This document shows, piece by piece, positions 27,484-37,678 of a stretch of 41,504 nt of DNA (its first letter is position 1; each line of letters starts with the position of its first letter). Source of the DNA: Chthoniobacteraceae bacterium (GTDB lineage Bacteria > Verrucomicrobiota > Verrucomicrobiia > Chthoniobacterales > Chthoniobacteraceae); contig JANNXQ010000019.1 of the NCBI GenBank assembly GCA_031409655.1, positions 1 to 41,504 of the forward strand. The letters run 5' to 3'. A program made the position numbers and the translations under genes. The notes under the pieces are model-generated. The model saw only the letters and a list, made by a program, of their open reading frames with translations. It was not told the DNA's origin and made no database searches.

Positions 27484-29382
27484 TTAAAATTTCACCCCGA
27501 ACTTTCGCACCCAAACGCCGAAGGTGATGACGCGCCAGAAGAGGTTGTTGTAGCGCTTCCGACCCGCGAGGAAGTCCTCGAATTCCGCCTGCACCGCGGG
27601 GCCGGAAAAGACCTTCGGGTTTTCGTGCGCGGTCTCGATGAGCAGTTTGCGAAAGCCGCCGCTGGGATCTTCGCGCAGCCAGCGTTCTTCCGGCGTCGCG
27701 AAACCTTTCTTGTCGGTGCGCTCGATCACCTTCGCCGGCATCGACGGACGCAGCGCGGCTTTGAGGATGCGCTTCGTCACACCGTCCTTGGTCTTGAATT
27801 CATCCGGCAGACTGAGCGTGAACTCGACGAGTTCGTGATCGAGAAAAGGCACCCGCGCTTCGATGCCGTGCGCCATGGAATTGCGATCCTCCCAGTGGAG
27901 CAGCATAGGCATCGTGGTCACCGTGAGCATCATCCGGGAGAGCCACTCGGTGGTCACCGGCGGGCGCTCGGCGGCCGCCCGCCCCCAGGGCGGACGCAGT
28001 GCGACGCCGCGTGTTTCCATTTCGTCCCAAGCGAGCCACGCCGGATCACGACGCTTCGTTTTGCGCTCGGTGCGCCAGCGCTCCACCGCCGTCGGCCCAA
28101 ACCAGAAGAGCAGACTTTTCGCCGTGTCGCCGAGGGTCCAGCCGTGCAGCGCGCGCATCCGCCGGGCCTCATGCAGCGCGCCGAAGACCTGTCCTTGGGT
28201 CAGCATCCCGAGCAGATGCGGGCCGAAGAATTGCGGGTAACTCGCGAGCTGCTCGTCGCCCCCCTGGCCGTCGAGCATCACCTTCACGCCCGCCGCCTGC
28301 ACCGCTTCGAAGAGCGTGTGCTGCGAGAAGACGCTCGCATTGTGGACCGGCTCATCCTGATGCCAGATCATCCGCTCCAGCCGCTCCAGCGCATCTTCGC
28401 CGCGCGGGAAAATGTGGTGCGGGGTGACGCCCGTGAAATCCTCGACCGCCTTCATGAAAGGCCGCTCGTCGCAGCCCGGATCTTCAAAGCAACACGAGAA
28501 GGTGTTTTGGATTTCACTGCGCCCCTTTTCGTGGAGCAGCGCATTCACCGCACAGACGATCGCGCTCGAATCCATCCCGCCGGAAAGACACGAGCCAATC
28601 GGCACATCGGCCCGCAGATGCAGTCGGATCGTCTCGTCGAAAACCTCACGATAGCGCGCCACCGCCTCCTCGAAGCTGCCCTCAAACGGAGCCGTCGGAC
28701 GCAATTCATACCACCGCCGCACCGGCAGCGGATGCGTCGGATGAAACGCCTTCGCGTCGAGCGTCACACACTCGCCGCCGCGGAGCTGCTGCACCGGCCA
28801 GAACATCGTGTCCGAGGTATGGTCCTGCGCGCCGTAGGCCAGGAAATCGATGGCCCGGGCGTAGTTCGCATTGGGCTGGAAGGCCGCGAGCCCGTTGAAT
28901 TGCTTGATCTCCGAGGCGAAGGCCACGCCGCGTTCGGAAGCAAAATAGTAGAGCGGCTTGATCCCGAAACGATCGCGCGCCGCGAAGAGCACCTGCGTTT
29001 TCGAATCCCACAGACAGAAGGCAAACATCCCGCGCAAACGCCGGAGACAATCTTCGCCCCAGTGCTGATACGCGGCGAGGAGCACCTCGGTGTCGCTGTC
29101 GGACTCGAAGGTCGCACCGAGCTTGGCCAGCTCCACGCGCAGCTCGCGGTAGTTGTAGATCTCGCCATTGAAGACGATGTGGTAGCGCCCGTTGCCGGAG
29201 GACATGGGCTGCCGGCCGCGGGGCGAAAGATCGAGAATGCTGAGCCGCCAATGCGCCATCTCGACCTCTCGCTCGCCGAGCGCGAAGACCTCGCGGGAAA
29301 AGTCATCCGGCCCGCGATGCGGAATCGAGATGAGCCGATCGCCTGGGTCACGCTTGCCGAAGAAGCACCAAAGTCCGCACAT
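27484..29382 (-). CDS. asnB: Asparagine synthase (glutamine-hydrolysing) family amidotransferase
   Basis: MCG N-terminus, HRGPD, RLSILDLS, NGEIYN, RDRFGIKPLY, LSGGMDSS, GQGGDE, EARVPFLD. Confidence 0.93.
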   Translation of the reverse strand: MCGLWCFFGKRDPGDRLISIPHRGPDDFSREVFALGEREVEMAHWRLSILDLSPRGRQPMSSGNGRYHIVFNGEIYNYRELRVELAKLGATFESDSDTEVLLAAYQHWGEDCLRRLRGMFAFCLWDSKTQVLFAARDRFGIKPLYYFASERGVAFASEIKQFNGLAAFQPNANYARAIDFLAYGAQDHTSDTMFWPVQQLRGGECVTLDAKAFHPTHPLPVRRWYELRPTAPFEGSFEEAVARYREVFDETIRLHLRADVPIGSCLSGGMDSSAIVCAVNALLHEKGRSEIQNTFSCCFEDPGCDERPFMKAVEDFTGVTPHHIFPRGEDALERLERMIWHQDEPVHNASVFSQHTLFEAVQAAGVKVMLDGQGGDEQLASYPQFFGPHLLGMLTQGQVFGALHEARRMRALHGWTLGDTAKSLLFWFGPTAVERWRTERKTKRRDPAWLAWDEMETRGVALRPPWGRAAAERPPVTTEWLSRMMLTVTTMPMLLHWEDRNSMAHGIEARVPFLDHELVEFTLSLPDEFKTKDGVTKRILKAALRPSMPAKVIERTDKKGFATPEERWLREDPSGGFRKLLIETAHENPKVFSGPAVQAEFEDFLAGRKRYNNLFWRVITFGVWVRKFGVKF

Positions 29383-29385
29383 CGC

Positions 29386-30543
29386 TCAGGCCGCGCCTCC
29401 AGCGAGTTTTTCCAGCATCGCGTGATGCTTCGCGCCGAGACCGCTCGTCTGCCACCACTCGTGAATCTGTCGCGTGGAAGCACCCCAGCCGTTCTGCTGA
29501 TGGATGTACTCGAGCAATCGCGCGTAAAGCTCCCACCACACGGGCAGCGCGGCTTTGTCCGGATGCCAGAGCAAGGTGATGACACCGCGCATTTCGGCCA
29601 CGCGATCAATGAGCTGGCGACAGACGCGGAAGGCGCTCTCCCCGTCGAGATCGAGATTATCCGGACGCAAGATCGCGCCGTCGTGGATGACGAGCGGGAT
29701 CTCCACGAGCCCGAGCCAACGCTGCGTCTGCCAATCCCACATCCGCGACGGATACGACGTGCCAGTGCGGAAGCCGATGTCGCGATTTGAGCCGAGCGTG
29801 GAGTCCACCTGGAGCCCGGCGCGCTCGAGGATCGCGGGCGTCTTCATCACGTCGAAATGCAGATTGTGCTGGCGGCTGCTGACGATCGCCGCACCGAGCG
29901 CCTGCTCTACGTCATCCTTTTGCTCCGCGAGCAGATCGCCATCGAGCGGCGAGAGGTAGCTCCCGTGCAGGCCGATCTCCCAACCGCGCTGCTGCAAATC
30001 GCGCACGATCTCGCGCACCGACGCCATCTCGCCGCGATACGTGGTGCGATCGTCCCAGCGGTACACATTGTCGATGATGTGCCGCCGCCGGACGCGCGTC
30101 GGGAAGACGAAGAAGGTGGAGCGAAAGCCATACTTCGCTTCGATCTCAACCCACGGCGTGAAGACATCGAACTTTTGCGGCCCACGCCGCAAGCCGACGA
30201 GGCCACCGAGCGGACGCAGCTTCTTCGCGAGTCCCGAGGCATTGCGCGCGAGCAGCGCCACGGTGCGCGCGAGTTCGTAGCGGCTGTCGAGTTGCACGCT
30301 GTCCACGTCGTGGCTGAGGCACGCGGCAAAGCGTTTCCCCTCCGGCCACACGATCTCCTCGCGCCATTTCGGAAAAGCGCGGACGAGCATTTCATCCGCG
30401 ACGGGCCGATAGAGCGAAGCATCCCAGCGCCGTGGCGAGTGCTGCGCCTCGTAGTTGTCGATGCTGTCGCGCGGCGCGCCACATTCCTCCGCACGCCGGA
30501 CGAGATTCAGAATCGATTCAGGCTCGGGAGCAGGAGGTTGCAC
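29386..30543 (-). CDS. Polysaccharide deacetylase (CE4-like) protein
   Basis: CLSHDVD, STFF, EIGLHGSY, RQHNL, DST, LLWHP. Confidence 0.8.
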   Translation of the reverse strand: MQPPAPEPESILNLVRRAEECGAPRDSIDNYEAQHSPRRWDASLYRPVADEMLVRAFPKWREEIVWPEGKRFAACLSHDVDSVQLDSRYELARTVALLARNASGLAKKLRPLGGLVGLRRGPQKFDVFTPWVEIEAKYGFRSTFFVFPTRVRRRHIIDNVYRWDDRTTYRGEMASVREIVRDLQQRGWEIGLHGSYLSPLDGDLLAEQKDDVEQALGAAIVSSRQHNLHFDVMKTPAILERAGLQVDSTLGSNRDIGFRTGTSYPSRMWDWQTQRWLGLVEIPLVIHDGAILRPDNLDLDGESAFRVCRQLIDRVAEMRGVITLLWHPDKAALPVWWELYARLLEYIHQQNGWGASTRQIHEWWQTSGLGAKHHAMLEKLAGGAA

Positions 30544-30654
30544 GCGTGGGCAGGCCCTACACCGGGCTGCGGGGATTTACCAAGTGAAAACAGGGCGACA
30601 GCAGTTGAGTGCCACCGAATGCGACAGAGGATGGCTGCGACCCGGAACGAGGGA

Positions 30655-30757
30655 AAACGCCAAACTTCAAACTTCAAACGCTAAACTTCAAACGACGCGC
30701 CACTGACCGGCGAGGGACCGTTTGGTGTTTGGCGTTTAGCGTTTGAAGTTTGGCGTT
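30655..30757. repeat. Inverted pair of heptamer arrays (AAAC[GT][CT][CT]) able to form a hairpin
   Basis: aaacgcc aaacttc aaacttc aaacgct aaacttc aaacg, then a ~24 nt spacer, then cgtttggtgtttggcgtttagcgtttgaagtttggcgtt. Confidence 0.85.
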
Positions 30758-30860
30758 CTTTCCGCGCGCCAGACGCCACGGCCTGGCCGCGAGATGGACG
30801 AGTGCTTGAAATGCAGGCACCCTCCCGATCCTTTCCGAAAACACCCCGCCCACCACCTTC

Positions 30861-31919
30861 ATGTCTTACATCACCGATCCGCTCGTCCGCGAAAAACTCG
30901 CCTCCGTCAAATACCCCGGCTTCAGCCGCGACATCGTGTCGTTTGGCATCGTGAAAGACATCCGCATCGACGGCGCGGACGTCACCGTGCAGCTCACCCT
31001 CACGACGAACGACGCGCGCGTGCCGCAGGAGATCAAGGCCAGCACCGAGGCCGCTCTCGCGGGGATCCCTGGCATCGGAAAGGCGACCGTGAAGATCGAC
31101 ATCCACGCACCCGCCCAGCAACCCGGCGCGACCACCGGCGGCGCGGCGACGGCGACCACGCAGATCGACGGCGTGAAGCACGTCATCGCCGTGGCCAGCG
31201 GCAAGGGCGGCGTGGGAAAATCCACCGTGGCGGCGAATCTCGCGCTGGCCTTGCAAAAAACCGGCGCGGCCGTGGGCCTCTGCGATTGCGATCTCTACGG
31301 GCCGTCCATCGGCCTGATGTTCGGCGCAAATGAGCGCCCGCTCGCGAATGACGACAACCGCATCCTCCCCGTGGAGCGTTACGGCCTGAGCCTCATGTCC
31401 ATGGGCTTCCTGCTCGACGATGCCGCGCCCGCCATCCTCCGCGGCCCCATGGTCACGCGCTACACCCAGCAATTTCTCCGACAGGTGGAATGGGGCACGC
31501 TCGACTTTCTCATCCTCGATCTGCCGCCGGGCACGGGCGACATCCAGCTCACCATCGTGCAGACCGTGGCGCTCGCCGGCGTGATCATCGTCACCACGCC
31601 GCAGGAGGTGGCGCTCATTGATGCGCGCAAGGCGGCGACGATGTTCTCGAAAGTGAACGTGCCCGTGCTCGGCCTCATCGAAAACATGAGCTACTTCCTC
31701 TGCCCCAGCGACGGGAAGCGCTACGACATCTTTGGCAACGGCGGCGGCGAAAAGGAAGCCGCGCGGCTGAAGGTCCCGCTGCTCGGCCAGATCCCCATCG
31801 ACATCCCGACGCGCGAAGCCGGCGATCGCGGCACGCCCATCGTCGAAGCCGCGCCCGATGGTCCCGTCGCCGTCTCCTTTCTCTCGATCGCCCGGCAGCT
31901 CCGGGAGACCGTGGGGTGA
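30861..31919 (+). CDS. mrp: Mrp/NBP35 (ApbC) Fe-S cluster carrier ATPase
   Basis: ASGKGGVGKSTV, DLYGPS, DLPPGTGD, VTTPQ, ENMSYFLCP. Confidence 0.94.
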   Translation: MSYITDPLVREKLASVKYPGFSRDIVSFGIVKDIRIDGADVTVQLTLTTNDARVPQEIKASTEAALAGIPGIGKATVKIDIHAPAQQPGATTGGAATATTQIDGVKHVIAVASGKGGVGKSTVAANLALALQKTGAAVGLCDCDLYGPSIGLMFGANERPLANDDNRILPVERYGLSLMSMGFLLDDAAPAILRGPMVTRYTQQFLRQVEWGTLDFLILDLPPGTGDIQLTIVQTVALAGVIIVTTPQEVALIDARKAATMFSKVNVPVLGLIENMSYFLCPSDGKRYDIFGNGGGEKEAARLKVPLLGQIPIDIPTREAGDRGTPIVEAAPDGPVAVSFLSIARQLRETVG

Positions 31920-31991
31920 GGGTGCAAAAAGGCACGCCCAAGCGCTCAAGTATTGACGCTGCCTCCGTCCAGTGATTATAGCTTTCGCACC

Positions 31992-32204
31992 ATGACCCCC
32001 GCTGCTGACGAACCTACCGATCTCGTCAAGGAGTCCCTCCTCTACAAGGATTTCCTCGCCGAGCGTGAAGAGATCCTCCGACACAAATGGATCGAAAGTG
32101 AAAAGGCTGGCTGCGATGTCGGCTTTGAAAAGGCGCTCCTCGACTGGATCGTCAGACATCGCTCCTCCTGGCGCGCCCAACGCCAGCGCGAGCTGCCCCG
32201 ATAG
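31992..32204 (+). CDS. Small DUF4032-like protein
   Basis: EREEILRHKWIESEKAGCDVGFEKALLDW. Confidence 0.75.
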   Translation: MTPAADEPTDLVKESLLYKDFLAEREEILRHKWIESEKAGCDVGFEKALLDWIVRHRSSWRAQRQRELPR

Positions 32205-32231
32205 ACGCCACGAATCCCCACCGTGGCCTTT

Positions 32232-32262
32232 CCTTTAAGGTGATCCCGCGAGGTCACCAAGG
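32232..32262 (+). promoter_or_regulatory. PyrR-binding RNA element
   Basis: CCUUUAA-GGUG-AUCCCGCGAGGU-CACC-AAGG resembles the CUUUAA / ARUCCNGNGAGGYU consensus; it ends 2 nt before the pyrR ATG. Confidence 0.85.
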
Positions 32263-32264
32263 AT

Positions 32265-32840
32265 ATGAACCCTGCACCCACTCCACCCGCCCCCGGTGCC
32301 TCGATCGTCCTCGATCGAGCCGCCATCGAACGCGCTCTCAAGCGCATCGCGCACGAGATCATCGAGCGCAATCCCGACCTCGCCAAGGTCGCGCTCATCG
32401 GTATCCCTTCGCGCGGGATCGAGATCGCGAAAAGGCTCGCCGGTTTCATCGAGCAGTTCGCTGGCGTTCGGCCGTTTGCCGGCGTGATCGATGTGGCGAT
32501 GCATCGCGACGATTTGCACCGCCACCGGATCCCGCCGCGTGTCGCGCGCAGCGAGTTGCCGCTCCAACTCGACGACCTCACCATCGTCCTTACCGACGAT
32601 GTCCTCTTCTCCGGACGCACCTGCCGCGCCGCGATGGACTCGCTGTCTTCCTACGGCCGGCCCGCGTGCATCCAATACGCCGCGCTCGTCGATCGCGGGC
32701 ACCGCGAGCTGCCGATCCGCGCGGATTACGTCGGGAAAAACATCCCCACCGCGCATGGCCAGCGCGTGCATGTCCGCTTTGAAGCTGCGGATGGGATCGA
32801 AGATTCCGTCTGGATGAGCGTCGCCCCGCCCACCGTATGA
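32265..32840 (+). CDS. pyrR: Bifunctional pyr regulator/uracil phosphoribosyltransferase
   Basis: RIAHEIIERN, DDVLFSGRT, LVDRGHRELPIRADYVGKN. Confidence 0.96.
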   Translation: MNPAPTPPAPGASIVLDRAAIERALKRIAHEIIERNPDLAKVALIGIPSRGIEIAKRLAGFIEQFAGVRPFAGVIDVAMHRDDLHRHRIPPRVARSELPLQLDDLTIVLTDDVLFSGRTCRAAMDSLSSYGRPACIQYAALVDRGHRELPIRADYVGKNIPTAHGQRVHVRFEAADGIEDSVWMSVAPPTV

Positions 32841-33790
32841 GCGCCTCGATCGTCGAAGCACCGCACGCCTGGACCCGGAAGGATCTGCTCGCCATCCAGG
32901 GCCTGAGCGCGGCGGAGATCACCCTGCTGCTCGATACCGCCGCCGCCTTCAAGCAAGTCGGCACGCGCGAAATCAAAAAAGTGCCCGCGTTGCGCGGGAA
33001 GACGCTGGTCAATTTCTTCGTCGAGCCGAGCACCCGCACCAGGGTGAGCTTTGAACTCGCCGCCCATCGCCTGAGCGCCGACGTGATCAACGTCTCCGCC
33101 AACCAATCCAGCCTCACCAAAGGCGAAACGCTCAAAGACACCGCCAAGATCTTCGAGGCGAATCTCGCGGACATCATCGTCCTGCGCCACAGCTCCGCGG
33201 GAGCCTCGCAATTTCTCGCTGACCGCCTCAACGCCAGCGTCATCAATGCCGGCGACGGCGCGCACGAGCATCCCACGCAGGCGCTGCTCGACACCTTCAC
33301 CATCCGGGAAAAGATGGGCCGCGTCGCCGGGCTGCACGTCGTCATCCTCGGCGACATCCTCTTCAGCCGCGTCGCCCGCTCAAATATCTGGGCGCTCCTC
33401 GCCCTCGGCGCGCGGGTCACACTCTGCGGCCCGCGCACCCTGGTGCCGCGGGACTTCGAGCAGATGGGGGTGGCCGTCACCCACGATCTCGATGCCGTGC
33501 TCCCCGAGGCCGATGTCGTGAACCTTCTCCGCATCCAGCACGAGCGGCAGCGGAAGGAATACTTCCCCAGCCTCGGCGAATACACCTCGCTCTTCGGCCT
33601 CACCAAAGCCCGCGCCGAACGCCTGAAACCCGGCGCACTCATCATGCACCCCGGCCCGATCAATCGCGGCGTGGAGATCGACAGCGACCTCGCCGACAGC
33701 GCCCGCAGCGTGATCCTCGATCAAGTGACCAACGGCCTCGCCGTGCGCATGGCCGTCCTCTACCTGTGCGGCGCGGCGCGGCCTTCCTGA
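32837..33790 (+). CDS. pyrB: Aspartate carbamoyltransferase catalytic subunit
   Basis: EPSTRTRVSFE, HEHPTQALLD, LRIQHER, MHPGPINRG. Confidence 0.96.
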   Translation: MSASIVEAPHAWTRKDLLAIQGLSAAEITLLLDTAAAFKQVGTREIKKVPALRGKTLVNFFVEPSTRTRVSFELAAHRLSADVINVSANQSSLTKGETLKDTAKIFEANLADIIVLRHSSAGASQFLADRLNASVINAGDGAHEHPTQALLDTFTIREKMGRVAGLHVVILGDILFSRVARSNIWALLALGARVTLCGPRTLVPRDFEQMGVAVTHDLDAVLPEADVVNLLRIQHERQRKEYFPSLGEYTSLFGLTKARAERLKPGALIMHPGPINRGVEIDSDLADSARSVILDQVTNGLAVRMAVLYLCGAARPS

Positions 33791-33795
33791 ATCCG

Positions 33796-35076
33796 ATGAA
33801 GACCACTCTCCTCCGCAACGGCCGCATCATCGATCCCGCGAACCAGCGCGACGAAGTCGGTGACCTCCTCATCGTGGACGGCCGCATCGCGGATCCCGCT
33901 GCCATTGGGCATCTGCCATCTGCCATCACCATCGACTGCACCGGCCTCATCATCGCGCCGGGACTCATCGACATCCACGTCCACCTGCGCGAGCCGGGAC
34001 AGTCCGCGAAGGAGACCATCGCCAGCGGAACGCGCTGCGCGGCGGCGGGGGGATTTACGAGCGTGGTCTGCATGCCGAACACGTCGCCAGCGATCGACAG
34101 CGCCAGCGTCGTCACATGGCTTCAGGAAAAAGCCGCGCGCGAATCGTGCGTGAACCTTTTCATCACCGGCGCGATCACCAAAGGGCTCGCGGGCGAAGAG
34201 CTGGCGCCCATCGGTTCACTGAAAAAAGCGGGCGTCGTGGCGCTCACCGACGACGGCCATTGCGTGCAAAACCACGAGATCATGCGGCGCGCGCTGGAGT
34301 ATGCCGGCATGTTCGGTCTCGTCGTCATGGACCATTGCCAGGACTACAATCTCGTCGGCAAAGGCGTGATGCACGAAGGCTACTGGAGCACCGTGCTCGG
34401 CCTGCCCGGCTGGCCCGCGCTCGGCGAAGAAATCATCGTCTCGCGCAATGCCCAGCTCGCCGAACTCACCGGCACCCACATTCACTGCCAGCACCTCAGC
34501 GCCACCGGCAGCGTCCGCATTCTGCGCGAAGCGCGCTCGCGCGGCGTGCCGATCAGCGGCGAACTCTGCCCGCATCACATCGCGCTCACCGATGAGTCCC
34601 TGCGCGGCTACGACACCGATTTCAAAATGAACCCGCCGCTGCGCAGCGAAGCGCACGTCGAGGCGCTCATCGCGGGCGTGGCGGACGGCACGATCACCAT
34701 CCTCGGCAGCGATCACGCGCCGCACTCCCCGCACGAAAAGGAGGTCGAGTTCGACCAGGCCCCCTTCGGCATCCTCGGCCTCGAGACCGAACTCGGCCTC
34801 TTCCTCGACATCCTCGTGCATAAAAAGAAAGCCATCGGCCTGCCGCGCCTCATCGAACTTTTCACTGCCAATCCCGCCAAGCTCCTCGGCCTCGACCGCG
34901 GCACGCTCAGCATCGGCGCCGTCGCGGATGTGACGCTCATCAATCCCGATCTCGAGTGGACCGTGGACAAACAAGCCAGCGCCAGCCTCAGCCGCAACAC
35001 CCCCTTCCACGGCTGGGAACTCAAAGGCCGCGCCGTGCGGACGATCGTCGCCGGCGAGACGGTGTGGGATCTGTGA
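33796..35076 (+). CDS. pyrC: Dihydroorotase
   Basis: DIHVHLREPG, MPNT, KMNPPLR, SDHAPH; ATG at 33796. Confidence 0.95.
   Translation: MKTTLLRNGRIIDPANQRDEVGDLLIVDGRIADPAAIGHLPSAITIDCTGLIIAPGLIDIHVHLREPGQSAKETIASGTRCAAAGGFTSVVCMPNTSPAIDSASVVTWLQEKAARESCVNLFITGAITKGLAGEELAPIGSLKKAGVVALTDDGHCVQNHEIMRRALEYAGMFGLVVMDHCQDYNLVGKGVMHEGYWSTVLGLPGWPALGEEIIVSRNAQLAELTGTHIHCQHLSATGSVRILREARSRGVPISGELCPHHIALTDESLRGYDTDFKMNPPLRSEAHVEALIAGVADGTITILGSDHAPHSPHEKEVEFDQAPFGILGLETELGLFLDILVHKKKAIGLPRLIELFTANPAKLLGLDRGTLSIGAVADVTLINPDLEWTVDKQASASLSRNTPFHGWELKGRAVRTIVAGETVWDL
33899..33926 (+). repeat. Heptamer array (CTGCCAT) inside pyrC
   Basis: ctgccat tgggcat ctgccat ctgccat, encoding AIGHLPSAI. Confidence 0.65.
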
Positions 35077-35154
35077 AGCGGCCTGGCTCTCCTAAGCCAA
35101 GCAGTCCCCCGTGAACGCACTTGAATCCCGCAGGTATGTAATTACCGTGCGCAC

Positions 35155-35403
35155 ATGAAGACGCTGGAACTCACCGTCACCCGAATCGGCAACTCTCGCG
35201 GCATCCGTCTCCCGGCGGAATTGCTCCGACGGTATCGCATCGGCCAATCCGTTTTGCTCGAGGAGCGTCCCGACGAACTCGTGCTGCGGGCGAAGAAGCA
35301 GGCGAAGCTTTCGTGGCAGGAAACTTTCGCGGCGATGGCGGCGGAAAAGGAAGACTGGTCCGCATGGGATGGAGTCGCGGCTGACGGCATCCATGACACC
35401 TAA
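35155..35403 (+). CDS. mazE: AbrB/MazE-family antitoxin
   Basis: VTRIGNSRGIRLPAELL; acidic C-terminus; overlaps the toxin start. Confidence 0.88.
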   Translation: MKTLELTVTRIGNSRGIRLPAELLRRYRIGQSVLLEERPDELVLRAKKQAKLSWQETFAAMAAEKEDWSAWDGVAADGIHDT

Positions 35404-35722
35404 ACGGTTCGATGTCGTGCTGGTCGGCCTCGATCCGGTGATCGGGAGCGAGATGGCCAAGACACGGCCAGCCGTAGTTGTGAGTGCCGAGGAAATGAAC
35501 GCTGCGCTCGATACGGTTGTGGTGTGTCCATTGACCTCAAAACTCCATCCGCGCTGGAGGAGCCGGGTCCAGGTCTCCCTGCGAGGCAAGCGCGCCGAGA
35601 TCGCCGTCGATCAAATTCGCACCGTGAGCAAACAGCGCCTCATCCGCCGCCTCGACAAGCTCACGCCAAAGGCCGCCGCGGAACTTCGCCGCGTAATTTC
35701 CGAGATGTACGGCGAGGGTTGA
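35393..35722 (+). CDS. mazF: PemK/MazF-family endoribonuclease toxin
   Basis: LDPVIGSEMAKTRPAVVVS, VCPLTS, DQIRTVSKQRL; ATG at 35393. Confidence 0.92.
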   Translation: MTPKRFDVVLVGLDPVIGSEMAKTRPAVVVSAEEMNAALDTVVVCPLTSKLHPRWRSRVQVSLRGKRAEIAVDQIRTVSKQRLIRRLDKLTPKAAAELRRVISEMYGEG

Positions 35723-35754
35723 CCAGGAAAGGCCGAGCCACCCGCTGCGATCCT

Positions 35755-35952
35755 CTACCCGGCCACCGCGAACTGCATCTCGTTCGCATTCCACACCTGC
35801 TTCGAGGCATCGAGAATTTCAAAGCGGACAACGCCCCCATCGTAGCCAAAGTCTGCGATGACCCCTGGGCGCACCTCGTCGCTCTCCCGGATTTTCTCGT
35901 CGCGCAGCACGATGGTCAGCGTATCGGTCTCGCGGTCGTAGGTGGCTTTGAT
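35755..35952 (-). pseudogene. DUF2283-like putative antitoxin whose start codon reads ATC
   Basis: Manual translation: (I)KATYDRETDTLTIVLRDEKIRESDEVRPGVIADFGYDGGVVRFEILDAS...VAG*. Confidence 0.7.
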
Positions 35953-36100
35953 TCGTATTTGTTGAACTTCGACGTCTTATACAACGTAATCACGACTCGC
36001 TCCACTGCCGTTTCTTCCACCACGATCCGCAGCAGCATCTCCACGTCGTGAAACGCATCCTGGTAACGTCGTTGATAAATCAACGTCGAGCCAGCGGGCC
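35949..36100 (-). pseudogene. 5'-truncated DUF4258-like toxin remnant
   Basis: Manual translation: IYQRRYQDAFHDVEMLLRIVVEETAVERVVITLYKTSKFNKYE; no N-terminal half found. Confidence 0.55.
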
Positions 36101-36163
36101 GTGTCTGAAATTTTGTGAATGTGCGGCTTAAGTCGCCGTCGAAAGACCGAAACCATTCACCTC

Positions 36164-36466
36164 ATGAAAAATGCACTCCTCACCTCACTCGCACTTATCA
36201 CCCTCGCCGCTTTCGCTCCCCGCGCAGAGGCGGGCAGTTACGTCCGGGTCTTCAACGGCTACGACCGTTGCGGCCATCCGGTCTATGCGTGGGTCCCGCA
36301 GTCGTCGGGCCACTGTTCGTCGAGTTACCGCTCGTATGACGAGCCCCGGCGCGAGACTTACTACTCCCGGGAATACCGGCGGCCCACTTACTCGCGCGAC
36401 GATTGTGAGACCTCGAACCGTGGCTACCGCTCGACGCCCCGCTTCACGTTCCACTTCGGATTCTAA
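36164..36466 (+). CDS. Hypothetical secreted Tyr/Arg/Ser-rich small protein
   Basis: Signal peptide MKNALLTSLALITLAAFAPRAEA; C-terminal FTFHFGF. Confidence 0.7.
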   Translation: MKNALLTSLALITLAAFAPRAEAGSYVRVFNGYDRCGHPVYAWVPQSSGHCSSSYRSYDEPRRETYYSREYRRPTYSRDDCETSNRGYRSTPRFTFHFGF

Positions 36467-36563
36467 GCGCCGCGCCACTCGTCCGCGGCGCGCCCGCCGG
36501 CACCCGGCGGTCCAGCCTCGGCGGCCGCGCGCGCTTTTCTCTCCGGAGTAACTCGGAGAAACC

Positions 36564-37553
<990 letters not shown>

Positions 37554-37555
37554 GC

Positions 37556-37678
37556 GAGAGTTGAGAGTTGCGGGTTGAGAGTCGCCTTTCGGCTACCGCC
37601 AGGCCTGCTGCCCACGGGGCGGTGTTGGTAGGGTTTTAAGGATGGGGACTCTCAACACTCAACCCTCAACTCTCAACT
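37556..37678. repeat. Inverted pair of heptamer arrays (GAGAGTT / AACTCTC)
   Basis: gagagtt gagagtt gcgggtt gagagt ... actctca acactca accctca actctca act. Confidence 0.85.

Noticed and set aside
27484..30543. asnB as a RiPP tailoring enzyme or lasso cyclase
   Set aside because: It has a full MCG glutaminase domain, pairs with a polysaccharide deacetylase, and is separated from the RiPP locus by housekeeping genes; glycan amidation is more likely.
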